The position numbers and the translations under genes were made by a program. 64,000 bases of DNA from a virus: IMG/VR virus record IMGVR_UViG_3300005253_000193, positions 1 to 64,000 of that record. One strand, written 5' to 3'. Shown piece by piece: positions 1-9,256 of the stretch; positions within the stretch are counted from its first letter, which is position 1; every line of letters starts with the position of its first letter. Below the pieces are notes generated by a model, which saw only the letters and a program-made list of their open reading frames with translations, had not been told where the DNA came from and ran no database searches.

Positions 1-137
1 ACCCGGATTGTCGCCGTTGTTCGTAGCGCAGAAAGGTTCAAGCCTTCCGGGTTCGCACGGGCCGCCCCAGCGCACGTCGCAGTGAATTTCAATCCAGATT
101 GCCATCTACACCACATCCCTCCGCTTTGATGTGTCAG

Positions 138-533
138 TCATGTAACCTCCTGTGTTGGTCTCCAATAATTGGGAGAACCACGCCCCAGATGTACTTCAAT
201 AAAGCCATAACGTTCCAACACCCCAGGAATAAATTCGTTCAGAATAGACTCAATGTAGATCCCATCGTAATGATGTATTTTGGCCAGCTCATTTAATTCC
301 CCAATGAGGGCCTTAAATTTACCTGTGCTTCTTTTGTTGGGGTCAAATGCAATGTTGTTGGGGCGTCGAGGATTTTTGACATTTGCGAGTTGGATGACCA
401 GTTTCTGCTCGTCATCAATAAATACAGGCCCTTTTCGCAGGTAAACGTTCAGCCCTTGAAATTTGACGTAGGAATTGAACATTGGGCTGTCCATAAACTT
501 TGCTGGGTCAAAGGAAGACTTTATTCCTTCCAT
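138..533 (-). CDS. hypothetical protein, possibly GNAT-like fold
   Basis: 131-aa ORF; C-terminal STGKFKALI...IYIESILNE...LERYGF loosely resembles GNAT motifs A/B. Confidence 0.45.
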   Translation of the reverse strand: MEGIKSSFDPAKFMDSPMFNSYVKFQGLNVYLRKGPVFIDDEQKLVIQLANVKNPRRPNNIAFDPNKRSTGKFKALIGELNELAKIHHYDGIYIESILNEFIPGVLERYGFIEVHLGRGSPNYWRPTQEVT

Positions 534-655
534 CGGAGATACTTCCTCTTTCTGCGGTAGGAGCCTCGCCCCTTTTTGGGCCGTACCTTGCGAGTATGAT
601 GGGATCCATCTCGTAGTATGGCGGCATAAGGATTACGTCGCCGGATCTTTCTCAT
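521..655 (-). CDS. ArfA-like alternative ribosome-rescue factor (44 aa)
   Basis: NPYAAILRDGSHHTRKVRPKKGRGSYRRKRK matches the ArfA KKGKGSYxRK signature; ATG overlaps the upstream stop (ATGA). Confidence 0.65.
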   Translation of the reverse strand: MRKIRRRNPYAAILRDGSHHTRKVRPKKGRGSYRRKRKYLRWKE

Positions 656-807
656 GGTCGTTCGGTAGCGCAATCCTTGGTTTCCTCCTTGGTTAATTTT
701 TGTTTGCATCCTTCACACGTTGCGGTTCCATCTGGATTTATCCTCCAGACGTGGACGCCGCTTTTATTTTTTGAACACTCGAAGCACCAAATGGGAGTTT
801 TGTCCAT
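652..807 (-). CDS. small zinc-ribbon protein
   Basis: CFEC...CEGC; coupled to the next gene. Confidence 0.55.
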   Translation of the reverse strand: MDKTPIWCFECSKNKSGVHVWRINPDGTATCEGCKQKLTKEETKDCATERP

Positions 808-824
808 TTTTGAAACTTCCGGGG

Positions 825-1127
825 TTAGTATATCCCAGGTACTTCTGGGATTTCTGGCAGAGTTGAAAGAATTCCCCAACCACCAACGGGACCAAGAAAT
901 TTATTTCCGTCGAATTCGACCAGGTAGGGAGGTAGGGTGTGCATCCACCAGCGGTAGAAGTTATTCCTCTCCTTCCTTCCCCTCCATTCGTGGTAGTGGC
1001 AGGGGGACACGTTAGGCTGTTCAGGAGTGTTGTGCTCACTTCCGGGTTCATAGAGTTCAAACCCGTTGTAACCACCCTTTTTCCTTTGTTCCATCACAGC
1101 ACCAACCTCAAAGACACGGACGGTCAT
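825..1127 (-). CDS. hypothetical protein
   Basis: 100-aa ORF with GAGGAG SD upstream. Confidence 0.6.
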   Translation of the reverse strand: MTVRVFEVGAVMEQRKKGGYNGFELYEPGSEHNTPEQPNVSPCHYHEWRGRKERNNFYRWWMHTLPPYLVEFDGNKFLGPVGGWGILSTLPEIPEVPGIY

Positions 1128-1177
1128 GTTTTCTCCTCGGGTAGTCCTGAATGGGGTGAGTCCCTTTCCCGTGCATG

Positions 1178-1372
1178 TTAACTGATGCGAGGTGTCCTTT
1201 GTGGTTTGGTTTCCTTGGGATGTACCTCAACCCCTGCCAAAAATGCCAGGAGACGGAGGGCTCCATACAAGAGAAGGAAGCCACCGACTACGAGCACAAG
1301 CAAGATGATGAGGAGGGTCATCCATACGTTGAACATTTTCTTGGTCTCCTCTGTTGCTGGTCGTCCGAACAA
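1178..1372 (-). CDS. small membrane protein (start may be 1336)
   Basis: long hydrophobic stretch; GAGGAG before the internal Met. Confidence 0.55.
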   Translation of the reverse strand: MFGRPATEETKKMFNVWMTLLIILLVLVVGGFLLLYGALRLLAFLAGVEVHPKETKPQRTPRIS

Positions 1373-1418
1373 ACAAAAGGGTGCCCGTTTTTGAGCACCC
1401 CGAAAGGGGGGGGGCTAC

Positions 1419-1709
1419 TTAATGAAGGACTGGTTTGAAGGCATCCTCGCCTGGAAAGTTTTCCTCTGATGCCGCCATAGCAGCATCATGGGAGTCGAAA
1501 GGACCCGCTACAATACTCCCATCCGGGAGTTGTAGGGGCTCGTTATCATCCTGGCGATACCAGTAGTACCATCCGGATTCAGAGATGTTGTATTTTGCCC
1601 CACAATCGTCCATGAAGAGTGTTCCTTCCTTGTCCGGATCATCACTGATCTCGAAGGCCTCTCCAAATGTAGGGTGCTCAGCATTGAAGTGTTCGTTGGC
1701 CATGATCAT
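1419..1709 (-). CDS. small acidic hypothetical protein
   Basis: D/E-rich 96 aa, GGAGG SD, sigma70-like promoter just upstream (1735-1761). Confidence 0.6.
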   Translation of the reverse strand: MIMANEHFNAEHPTFGEAFEISDDPDKEGTLFMDDCGAKYNISESGWYYWYRQDDNEPLQLPDGSIVAGPFDSHDAAMAASEENFPGEDAFKPVLH

Positions 1710-1766
1710 CCCTCCGCTTGGTTTTGAGTATGATGTTATACCGTCTGGAGGGCTATCGCAAGCGCC

Positions 1767-2141
1767 TCATTTGTTTCCACCGCTTAACTCCTTCTCCAAC
1801 TGGCCTAAAGACTTTGCCAGACTTCTACCTAGAATCTGACAAAGTATCCCGGCTTTTTGCACCATGCACCATTCTTGATCCTCGGTGGTTGAACATTTTT
1901 GACCCTTCGGAACCCAGTGTCCTGTGTCAATATCAACGTATAGGTCTGTGACCTGGTTTTCTTCGATGATCTTCCTAACCATATCTAAAACACTCAGGTA
2001 TTCTTTGTCTATAGGTTCCCGTTTGTACAGGCTATGTTTAAGGAAGAGCTGAGCAAGTTTGATAATCTCTTGGTCAGCGGGGGTCAAATTGAAGGAGTCG
2101 ATGTACTCTGCGACAGCTTCCGCTATCAATACGTTGTCCAC
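1767..2141 (-). CDS. hypothetical protein
   Basis: GTG start with AGGAGGAGA SD. Confidence 0.6.
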   Translation of the reverse strand: MDNVLIAEAVAEYIDSFNLTPADQEIIKLAQLFLKHSLYKREPIDKEYLSVLDMVRKIIEENQVTDLYVDIDTGHWVPKGQKCSTTEDQEWCMVQKAGILCQILGRSLAKSLGQLEKELSGGNK

Positions 2142-2179
2142 TGTCTCCTCCTTTGCTAGTATGTACTAAAAGAATGAAG

Positions 2180-2612
2180 TCGCTTTCCAACTTTGGGTTT
2201 CTGAATGTCGTTGGCTCGCTAGTCTCTCTCGGTTTTCTTAGAGTGGATGGCGCACTCTCCGTTCTTGGATTTCTATCTACAGTTGGCTCACTTTGGATGT
2301 GTGGTTTCCTACAGAATGTTGGCTCGCTTCGTCACATTGGATTTCCACTCCGTATTGGCTCGCTTCCTAGGGATGGTTTCCAAAACCAGTGTGGCTCACT
2401 TCCTTAACATGGTGGACTAGCGTTCTGTGGCTCGCTTGTGGCCATTGGATTTCTAAGACCAGGCTGGCTCGCTATGTTTCATTGGTTTTCTGAAGGTTTC
2501 CGGCTCGCTGTAGGGAGGTGGTTTTCTAAAGAGCAGCGGCTCACTTAGGATTTGTGGTTTTCTGCGATGTATTGGCTCGCTCGTACTTTCTGGGTTGCTT
2601 GGAGGAGGGGCT
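2180..2612 (-). ncRNA. TIGR-like dual-repeat array 1 (12 units, 36-nt period)
   Basis: + strand: TGGCTCGCT-N9-TGG(A/G/T)TTTCT-N9 repeated 12 times; one spacer is 10 nt. Confidence 0.9.
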
Positions 2613-2657
2613 ATGCCTTTAAAATCATCACCTCCTAGCTTGAGTAGAAAAAGGAAT

Positions 2658-2685
2658 AAAAAGACCCCCCTGCTAGAGGGGGGTC
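2658..2685 (-). terminator. intrinsic terminator
   Basis: GACCCCCC-TCTAGCA-GGGGGGTC-TTTTT on the minus strand. Confidence 0.7.
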
Positions 2686-2705
2686 GAGTTTGGGGGGAGT
2701 TCGAA

Positions 2706-3221
2706 TCACTTCTTGGGAACGATCTTGTAGCGATAGACCTGACGCTTGCCCCCGCTGTTCGTGACCTTGGTCTTGCTGACCTCCCATTCGGACGAAAGCT
2801 GCTTGAACAAGTTCAGGTGAGGGCTGCCAAGCTCCTTGCGGACCTCTTCGGTGGTGGCTCCCTTCCCAGTGCCATACATCTTGGCGGCACGGGAGGTCTT
2901 GGAGCCATCAACAAAACCGAATCTGTCCATCTTTCGGGTGGACTTCGACGCCTTGGCCTTGGCCGGGGTTTTGTCCTTGGCCTTTGCCGGAGCCTTGGCC
3001 TTTGCCGGAGCCTTGGCCGAGCCGGCGTTCTTTTTACCCTTGGCGGGCTTTGCTGGCGTCTTGGCCTTCGAAGCCGCTGTCGGCTTGTTTTTTGCCCTTG
3101 CGGCGGCCTCGTCGTCCTTGCGGGCCTTGACCCTGGCTGCATCATCCTCGGGAGTCCGCTTGAAAGCGGCGGGGATGGGTTCATCAGCGGGTTTGTTGGT
3201 AGCATTTGTGGCTTCACTCAT
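2706..3221 (-). CDS. Lys/Ala-rich DNA-binding protein with C-terminal winged-helix-like (DUF3489-like) domain
   Basis: AKAPAK repeats, then FGFVDGSKTSRAAKMYGTGKGATTEEV...PHLNLFKQL; paralogues at 5214, 20179 and 23312. Confidence 0.65.
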   Translation of the reverse strand: MSEATNATNKPADEPIPAAFKRTPEDDAARVKARKDDEAAARAKNKPTAASKAKTPAKPAKGKKNAGSAKAPAKAKAPAKAKDKTPAKAKASKSTRKMDRFGFVDGSKTSRAAKMYGTGKGATTEEVRKELGSPHLNLFKQLSSEWEVSKTKVTNSGGKRQVYRYKIVPKK

Positions 3222-3291
3222 TTTCTCTCCTCCTAGTGTTGTGTGTCTCTAATGGCAACGAACTTAAATTGCCAAAGGTGGATGATGATTA

Positions 3292-3319
3292 CTTATACCA
3301 TCACCCAAAATTTTCGCAA
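3292..3319 (-). promoter_or_regulatory. sigma70-like promoter
   Basis: TTGCGA-N16-TATAAG with extended TG. Confidence 0.5.
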
Positions 3320-3327
3320 GTTAAATT

Positions 3328-3828
3328 TTATTCGGGTTTGTCCTTATTGATATTTAGAGGTTTTTTCCATTTTTCCTCTGGGGTTGAACCTCGCATGAGG
3401 CTCGCATTGATGAATGCGCCACACCAGATCACGCCATGAAACCCATTTCGAAGAATGGTCTGGCGTACGAAATCGGTCTGGAAGGGGACGCCAAAGTATT
3501 CCCGACCGGGATGGTCACCGAGGTCACTCCAGGTTGGGTCAACAACCAAACCTTCAGGAGTTGCACACCAAGCATGATTTGTAGGAATGATAGAGTTGGC
3601 ATATCCCTCAACATAGATCAGATCCGGTTCGGACAGCACCAAATCGAAAGCATTGGAATAGCATTCCTTGATGGTGCCTTTCTTTATGCCTTCGGGGAGG
3701 GGTTGGCACTCAAACTCATTTCCATGTCTGAGTAAGAAGTCGCAGTGGTTGTTGTATAACCAACCCTTGGGACGTTTTCCCTTCATTACCTCTTGAAGCA
3801 TCTTTATATGCTCTATTGTCTCGTTCAT
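3328..3828 (-). CDS. transglutaminase/papain-like Cys-His-Asp protein
   Basis: ECYSNA...YVEGYA...HAW...VVDPTW. Confidence 0.6.
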   Translation of the reverse strand: MNETIEHIKMLQEVMKGKRPKGWLYNNHCDFLLRHGNEFECQPLPEGIKKGTIKECYSNAFDLVLSEPDLIYVEGYANSIIPTNHAWCATPEGLVVDPTWSDLGDHPGREYFGVPFQTDFVRQTILRNGFHGVIWCGAFINASLMRGSTPEEKWKKPLNINKDKPE

Positions 3829-3862
3829 GGTCTCCTCCTGTTGCTATCCATAGATGGATAAA

Positions 3863-3910
3863 AGCCGAGGCTAAAAAATTGTGGACTTCTTTGATCCAAT
3901 GGCCCCGGCT
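3863..3910 (-). ncRNA. solitary stem-closed tigRNA-like unit
   Basis: + strand: agccgagg-ct-aaaaaattg-tggacttct-ttgatccaa-tgg-ccccggct. Confidence 0.8.
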
Positions 3911-3920
3911 AATTGTGTTG

Positions 3921-5111
3921 TCACGAAATGTCGAGTAGGTCCCCAAAGGGGGGAAGGTGCTCCCTTTTTGAGGTAGAAGCCCACATCACCGGATACTCCG
4001 GCTCCTGTGGGAAGGAGTTGCAGTACATGTCCGTCATGTAGATGAAACACGCCGGAATGATACCGTTGTCCTCAACCCACTTGAACGGAGGTTTGAAGTC
4101 CGTACCACCCCCACCCTTGGCGTGAAGCCTGATGGGAAGGTCGGTCTTGTCGAACTCCTCAGTACCAGCCACCTTGGCATCGCAGTAGACGACGTAGACC
4201 TTTTCGATGTCAATGGTGGATAGGATTTCAGACAGCTCCGTGGCAAATCTGGTCAGCTCGACCTGGGAAATGCTCCCGGATGTGTCAACGGCAATCACGA
4301 TGCAGCCGATTTCCTGGCTGTGAAGGCTGGGGAGGTAGATTCCCCGACCGAGGTGTCGACGGTTTGGCTTTAGCCAGGAGTAGTCGTTCCTGGCTGAGTG
4401 CTCCACAAACTGACGTAGGCGGTCCACCCAATTGACCTTGGGATGGAGCAACTCACCAACAAACCTTTCCAGATCAGCCGGAAATTGTCCTTGGGACTTC
4501 GCGACAGCCGCCGCCTGTGCCACAAGTATCTTGACGTCGGCCATGGCTTTCGACTCGGCGGCAGAAACGGAGGGTGATCCCCCGTTGTTCCTTTTTCCTT
4601 TCTTGTTGTTGCCGTTTCTGCCAGCACCCCGCGATGGATGATCCTTCAGACCTCCACAACAAGTCTTTTGTTTGCTCTCCTTTATTTTCTTTTTCAACTT
4701 GTTGTAGATTTCATCTGCCGACATGCCCTTGAATTGCTCATCCAACAACACATCATCCGCAAGACTGAAGCCGGAACTTTCGAGGATCTGATTGATGGCG
4801 AAGTCCCCGGCTATGTTCCATAACAAGGGGTCACGGTTCTTGCGACGTACCGGATGGGCCATTGCAACGTGCATGACTTCATGGGCTACGCTGAACTCGA
4901 CTTCCTTGTCGCTTTCTGCAATGATGACATCGGGCTCGTATCCGAGCATTTCACCATTGGTCCAGTAAGCACCGCCCACTCTTTTCACGCAACCAACATC
5001 CTCAACCAATCTCATCCTCAAGGCGATAGTTCCGAAGAAGGCGTGGTTGAGGATCAACGAGGACCTGGCTCGAGTGAGCTTGTATCTGGCTTCCTGATTT
5101 ATTTCGTTCAT
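3921..5111 (-). CDS. DUF2201-type metallopeptidase plus VWA domain protein
   Basis: HEVMH zincin motif; VDTSGS MIDAS; GGGGTDF; YMTD. Confidence 0.85.
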   Translation of the reverse strand: MNEINQEARYKLTRARSSLILNHAFFGTIALRMRLVEDVGCVKRVGGAYWTNGEMLGYEPDVIIAESDKEVEFSVAHEVMHVAMAHPVRRKNRDPLLWNIAGDFAINQILESSGFSLADDVLLDEQFKGMSADEIYNKLKKKIKESKQKTCCGGLKDHPSRGAGRNGNNKKGKRNNGGSPSVSAAESKAMADVKILVAQAAAVAKSQGQFPADLERFVGELLHPKVNWVDRLRQFVEHSARNDYSWLKPNRRHLGRGIYLPSLHSQEIGCIVIAVDTSGSISQVELTRFATELSEILSTIDIEKVYVVYCDAKVAGTEEFDKTDLPIRLHAKGGGGTDFKPPFKWVEDNGIIPACFIYMTDMYCNSFPQEPEYPVMWASTSKREHLPPFGDLLDIS

Positions 5112-5155
5112 TGTCTCCTCCTGTTGCTTTCGTGTGACAATTAAATTGCCAAATT

Positions 5156-5205
5156 TGGAAGGGGCTCATGCCGAATGGTTTGCTCCCTCCATCTGGCCCC
5201 TCCCA
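5156..5205 (-). ncRNA. solitary stem-closed tigRNA-like unit
   Basis: tggaagggg-ct-catgccgaa-tggtttgct-ccctccatc-tgg-cccctccca. Confidence 0.8.
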
Positions 5206-5213
5206 TAATGAGT

Positions 5214-5696
5214 TCACGCTCGTGTGGGAATTAACCCAAGACGTAGATGGTTTGAATTTGTTGAAGGGCTAAGACGGAGTTTGAGCAGTTGTTGTTGCCC
5301 TTCCATCGTATAGTAGTTTGTTCCTTCCGGAATTAAATGGGCAGACATGGATGGTATGCGCCAGATGGTCATGAGGTCGTTGACCTCATGTTTTCTGAAG
5401 CCCATGTTTTTGAGCTCCGTGAGTGAGACATCATCCCAATCGATGGGTCTGAACGGATGGGCATTCGGATTTATTTGGATGTGGTGTTTCTTGACTGCAT
5501 TTGAACCGCCGCCACCCGACCACTTGTAGTAGACGAAGTGTCCCTGTGAGGCTACCTCCTTGAGGAGGTTTAGTTGGGTTCCGCAAAGCAGTCCGATCTT
5601 GATGTCTTTTTGAGTTGCGCCCCCATGTACATACATTGAAGCCGCACGGGACTTCAGGCTTCCTTCCTTGAAGCCAAAAAGGTCACGTGTCGTCAT
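5214..5696 (-). CDS. protein with N-terminal DUF3489-like winged-helix-like domain
   Basis: FGFKEGSLKSRAASMYVHGGATQKDI...QLNLLKEV, similar to 2706-3221. Confidence 0.6.
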   Translation of the reverse strand: MTTRDLFGFKEGSLKSRAASMYVHGGATQKDIKIGLLCGTQLNLLKEVASQGHFVYYKWSGGGGSNAVKKHHIQINPNAHPFRPIDWDDVSLTELKNMGFRKHEVNDLMTIWRIPSMSAHLIPEGTNYYTMEGQQQLLKLRLSPSTNSNHLRLGLIPTRA

Positions 5697-5734
5697 GATC
5701 TCCTCCTGTTGCTGTCCTATTAAATGGACAAATG

Positions 5735-5780
5735 GAAGGGGCTTGCGTCTTTTGGGTTTCTGATATTCGCTGGCCCCTTC
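5735..5780 (-). ncRNA. solitary stem-closed tigRNA-like unit
   Basis: gaagggg-ct-tgcgtcttt-tgggtttct-gatattcgc-tgg-ccccttc. Confidence 0.85.
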
Positions 5781-5790
5781 TTAATTGAGT

Positions 5791-6654
5791 CTACTTCATG
5801 AAACCGGACATCGTTTTGAGGATGGCGTCCGCGTCCTTGGCTGTCTTGGCCCTCACGTGGCCGTCGGTCCGAAGGGCATCGGCCTCCGTTCCACACAGCT
5901 TGAGCTTGATCTCCGTGGTCAGCTTGTTCATCCGGGGATCACCCGAGATGTTCAAGTGAGGCAGGAGGTCTGTCAGTTCCCGCATGTTGCCCACGAGGGA
6001 ATCCCGAAAGATGTTGTCCTCGTCGCTGAGCCGCTCGTGCATCTTGGTGACCATCCTGTGGACACGCTCCCACAGGTCGGTCATGGCACGTTCCTGGACG
6101 CCCATGATCTGCTCGTTGAGCGACTTCTTGAGCGCGGCGATGTGTTTCTTGTCGATGTCGACGCGCCAATCCCCGGCGTCGGGAAGTGGGGAGTAATTGA
6201 TTTCGAAGCCAAACTTGCGGCGGACGGCTTCCGCCTTCGGGTAATCCATGTCGTTGTGCATGGTGCCGAGGTCTCCCACAGCGTCCTTCCGGGCTCGCTT
6301 GTAGTCGATCCGGATGAACTCGTCGGCGAATTCCTCGCAGGTCACCCTGAACTCCTTCATGTCGTGATTGTAGTCCATGAAGATGCCAACCGGCAGGATC
6401 CGGACGCCGCCGTCATTCCACGGCAGAGTACGGTCGTAGTGATAGTTCCTGGCGGCGTCGGAAGTCCTGCGGAACATGTCCAATGAAGGACTCTTCAGCA
6501 GGACCTTGTAGTATTTCCCGACATTGCCCCTGGCATTGTGGCTTTCCGCCACCTCGCCGGAGACCTTGCGGTCGTACTTCCTGGCCGTCCACTGACTGAT
6601 ATTCAAGTAGACAAGCATGGCCTTCGTTGTGAGACCCTTTATCTTTGTGGTCAA
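5791..6654 (-). CDS. DUF3150-like phage protein
   Basis: MLVYLNISQWTARKYD...TLPW...FRDSLVGN...LNI; usual neighbour of MoxR/VWA genes. Confidence 0.65.
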   Translation of the reverse strand: MTTKIKGLTTKAMLVYLNISQWTARKYDRKVSGEVAESHNARGNVGKYYKVLLKSPSLDMFRRTSDAARNYHYDRTLPWNDGGVRILPVGIFMDYNHDMKEFRVTCEEFADEFIRIDYKRARKDAVGDLGTMHNDMDYPKAEAVRRKFGFEINYSPLPDAGDWRVDIDKKHIAALKKSLNEQIMGVQERAMTDLWERVHRMVTKMHERLSDEDNIFRDSLVGNMRELTDLLPHLNISGDPRMNKLTTEIKLKLCGTEADALRTDGHVRAKTAKDADAILKTMSGFMK

Positions 6655-6736
6655 TTTCTCCTCCTATGTTTGCTGTGGTTTTCTAGCTACCACTACTGAG
6701 CAGAATGCTCAGTTTCGTCCTTGCTAAAGGGACTCA

Positions 6737-6952
6737 TCAGGTGGGTAAACCACCATTACAGATGCATTCATCAACATATTCGTTGCAGTGAAAACATCTG
6801 TGGTGAATTTCGTCATCAAAATCACCGTAGCCCGCAAAGATGTCGTCGCTTCCGTGAGCAGCCCGATGATCTTCGACAAGACGTTTTGCCGTTTCTGGTT
6901 GGTGAGGGCCAATAACTTCATCGTTGACCTTTATCGTGATCTTCATAGTCAT
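6737..6952 (-). CDS. hypothetical protein
   Basis: overlaps the upstream stop; Cys/His-rich C-terminus. Confidence 0.45.
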   Translation of the reverse strand: MTMKITIKVNDEVIGPHQPETAKRLVEDHRAAHGSDDIFAGYGDFDDEIHHRCFHCNEYVDECICNGGLPT

Positions 6953-7494
6953 TCTCCCTCGTAACGGAAACCTTGCATTTCCTCCAGGAGGGCATCGAGG
7001 AACTCCTGGCGTTTTTCTTCGATGGCTGCCTCAAACTCAGCCTTGCTTGGCTTGTGTTCATCGTCATCGAAGTCGCTGTTGACCTCTTCCTTGGCGGCGT
7101 CCTCGTCGAACTCGAAGTCGAGGTTTTCGAAATTGTCGGCCCACTCATCACAGGAGCACTGACGACCTTCGAGCATTTCGCCGGTAGGGGCATCCTGTAG
7201 TTGTTCAGGCATATTGGCTCGCTTGTCGGCCTGTTCCTCTCCGAGTGCCCTGATCCGCTCGGCGAAGTCGTCTGTGAAGTCGTTGAGTGCGGAGTCAGCC
7301 TTCAAGTCTCCGATCTCATCCTCAAGATCGTACACCTGACCCAGAAAATCACTCTGCGTCAGTTGGCTTCGCCTGGGATGGGTCTTGGAGAAACGCTTTG
7401 GCCCAAAGGCAAACTTCCACCAGTAATAGGGCTCTCCCCTCTTGACGACGGGATTGTCCTTCCTGGCCTTTTTGACATGATGTACTCTTGGCAT
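6949..7494 (-). CDS. hypothetical protein (basic N-terminus, acidic C-terminus)
   Basis: GGAGGAG SD before MPRVHHVKKARK. Confidence 0.7.
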   Translation of the reverse strand: MPRVHHVKKARKDNPVVKRGEPYYWWKFAFGPKRFSKTHPRRSQLTQSDFLGQVYDLEDEIGDLKADSALNDFTDDFAERIRALGEEQADKRANMPEQLQDAPTGEMLEGRQCSCDEWADNFENLDFEFDEDAAKEEVNSDFDDDEHKPSKAEFEAAIEEKRQEFLDALLEEMQGFRYEGE

Positions 7495-7745
7495 CGGCTT
7501 CTCCTCCAATTGCGATGCGTTGACGCATCTGGAAGTCCACCCGTTAGGATGGACTTCTGGCTGCGTCCTCCTTTCCTTTATTGCTTGGACAGTCGTCTGA
7601 CGGACATTTGTCGCCTGGGTAAAGACCCTCGTCACCTTCCCACCAACGCCCGCAGTCTCGACAGCGGACGCCCTCAGGAAGCCTTGCTACCAATGTCACA
7701 TTTCTCCTCCTGCGTGTGGCAATGTGAAATCACCAAAAGAATAAA

Positions 7746-8040
7746 GACGCTCTGCTTTCTTGGGTTTCTTATCTGGAAGGGCTCGCTTTCTCTTTCATGG
7801 GTTTCTATACCGTATCGGCTCGCTAACTCGCATTGGATTTCTTCGAATTCTTGGCTCGCTTTACCACTGTGGTTTTCTACTGACGAGTGGCTCACTAGAC
7901 GCTCCGGGATTTCTTTATTATAATGGCTCGCTCACGTTTTTTGGATTTCTGCCAACTTTTGGCTCGCTTAATCGAGATGGGCTTCTAAAAATCGGGGGCT
8001 CGCTTCCATTTCGTGGTTTCCTATATCCTTTTGGCCCCTC
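7746..8040 (-). ncRNA. TIGR-like dual-repeat array 2a (8 units)
   Basis: same 36-nt edge/N9/loop/N9 period. Confidence 0.9.
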
Positions 8041-8088
8041 CTGTACGTCAAATTAACAAAAGGCCGAGGCCATAACAGCCTCGACCAA

Positions 8089-8235
8089 TTCGCTTTCCCT
8101 TTTTGGTTTTCTTTACTGCGTTGGCACGCTCCCTCTTTCCGGGTTTCTGGTTTGGAATGGCACGCTCCAAGTTTTTGGGTTCCTATGTCCGAAGGGCTCG
8201 CTCCCTCTTTTTGGATTGCTCGCCCCGAATGGCTA
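8089..8235 (-). ncRNA. TIGR-like dual-repeat array 2b (4 units)
   Basis: same period; starts at the stop codon of the Nop-domain gene. Confidence 0.9.
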
Positions 8236-9204
8236 ACCCTCGTGGACGATCCCGAGTTTGCCCTCGCTGTAAGGGGTCGATACCGGAAGTCCTTCCAGCT
8301 CACGCCAGGCCATATGGAGATCCATCAGGAACATCTTGATCATGTACCTTTTGGAGGCATTGTTGATGCGTCCGGGCGTCCATACCAAGGCGGCTTCCGT
8401 CTTGGAGATCTTGGAGAGTTTCTTGTACTCCTCGACCGTCACCTTCACCCTGTTGGGATCCGTTTCCAGCCGACGCTTGTAGGTTTCGTAGATACGACGG
8501 TAGCCGGTCACCTCGCCGATGACCTCCTTGGTCTCCTTGTCCTTCGGCGCTACCCCCGACTTAAGGAAGGAGCCGGCCAACACGCCGACCATTTTGGTCT
8601 TCAGGAAAGGATTGAACGTGATGCTATCACGCTCGCTTTCCTTTCCCTTCTTGTCGACGTAGGTACGCTTGACCTGATGCTCCTTGCGCCTGGAGCGTCC
8701 GACACCATCCGGTCCGACGTCCAGCCCAGCATACTTCCAAAAGCTGGAAGGATACTTGGCCTTGTGGATGTCAAACTCGGAGATGATGACACCGGCCATG
8801 GCCGCGCCGACTCCCTTCACGTCCTCCAGGAATTGGGTCCAGATGGGAAAGTCGAGCAGAACCGTCTCGAGTTGACGGAACATTTGTTCCTCGGCCTGCC
8901 TTAGTTCAATGTACCTGGAAACGAGACAGAGCTCCGCGTATGTGGAGATGACCTCGTCTCCCTTGAACTTTTTGGGCGTCGGGAAGGACACCATCCCATC
9001 GGTGATGAGCTTGTAGCGCTCGCGGAGCAGGTCCAGGGTTCTCTTGGCTTCCTTTTCCAGCTCCTTTTCGGAGGTGCTGGGTTCTTGTCCCAGCTTGGCG
9101 CGATAGTTCATCGCGATCCTGTTTCCGATCTGGATGCGGAGTTGTTGGATGTCATAGACACCCCGCACCATGGTCCGGAGATTCCGTTTGTGGTCTTCGC
9201 TCAT
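8233..9204 (-). CDS. tasA: TIGR-associated Nop-domain protein (TasA-like, no nuclease domain)
   Basis: coiled coil LRTMVRGVYDIQQLRIQIGNR; FLEDVKGVGAAMAGVIISE...SSFWKYAGLDV; C-terminal ASKRYMIKMFLMDLHMAWR (IS110/Nop-like); no RuvC or HNH; flanked by arrays. Confidence 0.85.
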   Translation of the reverse strand: MSEDHKRNLRTMVRGVYDIQQLRIQIGNRIAMNYRAKLGQEPSTSEKELEKEAKRTLDLLRERYKLITDGMVSFPTPKKFKGDEVISTYAELCLVSRYIELRQAEEQMFRQLETVLLDFPIWTQFLEDVKGVGAAMAGVIISEFDIHKAKYPSSFWKYAGLDVGPDGVGRSRRKEHQVKRTYVDKKGKESERDSITFNPFLKTKMVGVLAGSFLKSGVAPKDKETKEVIGEVTGYRRIYETYKRRLETDPNRVKVTVEEYKKLSKISKTEAALVWTPGRINNASKRYMIKMFLMDLHMAWRELEGLPVSTPYSEGKLGIVHEG

Positions 9205-9256
9205 GGTCTCCTCCTGTTGCAGCTTGTGATGGTAACACTATATTACCAAAAGAATA

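Noticed and set aside
1-55. tRNA-like fragment (ACCCGGA...GGTTCAAGCC...TCCGGGT)
   Set aside because: No D or anticodon arms; better explained by a minus-strand ORF starting at 105 (MAIWIEIHCD...) that runs off the edge
2611-2636. Mini-ORF MILKA* / box C-like GUGAUGA at the head of array 1
   Set aside because: SD-ATG spacing is only 2 nt and the motif is not repeated at the other arrays
8233-9204. IS110 transposase / insertion sequence
   Set aside because: Lacks the N-terminal DEDD RuvC domain and the catalytic Ser loop; flanked by multi-unit arrays rather than IS ends
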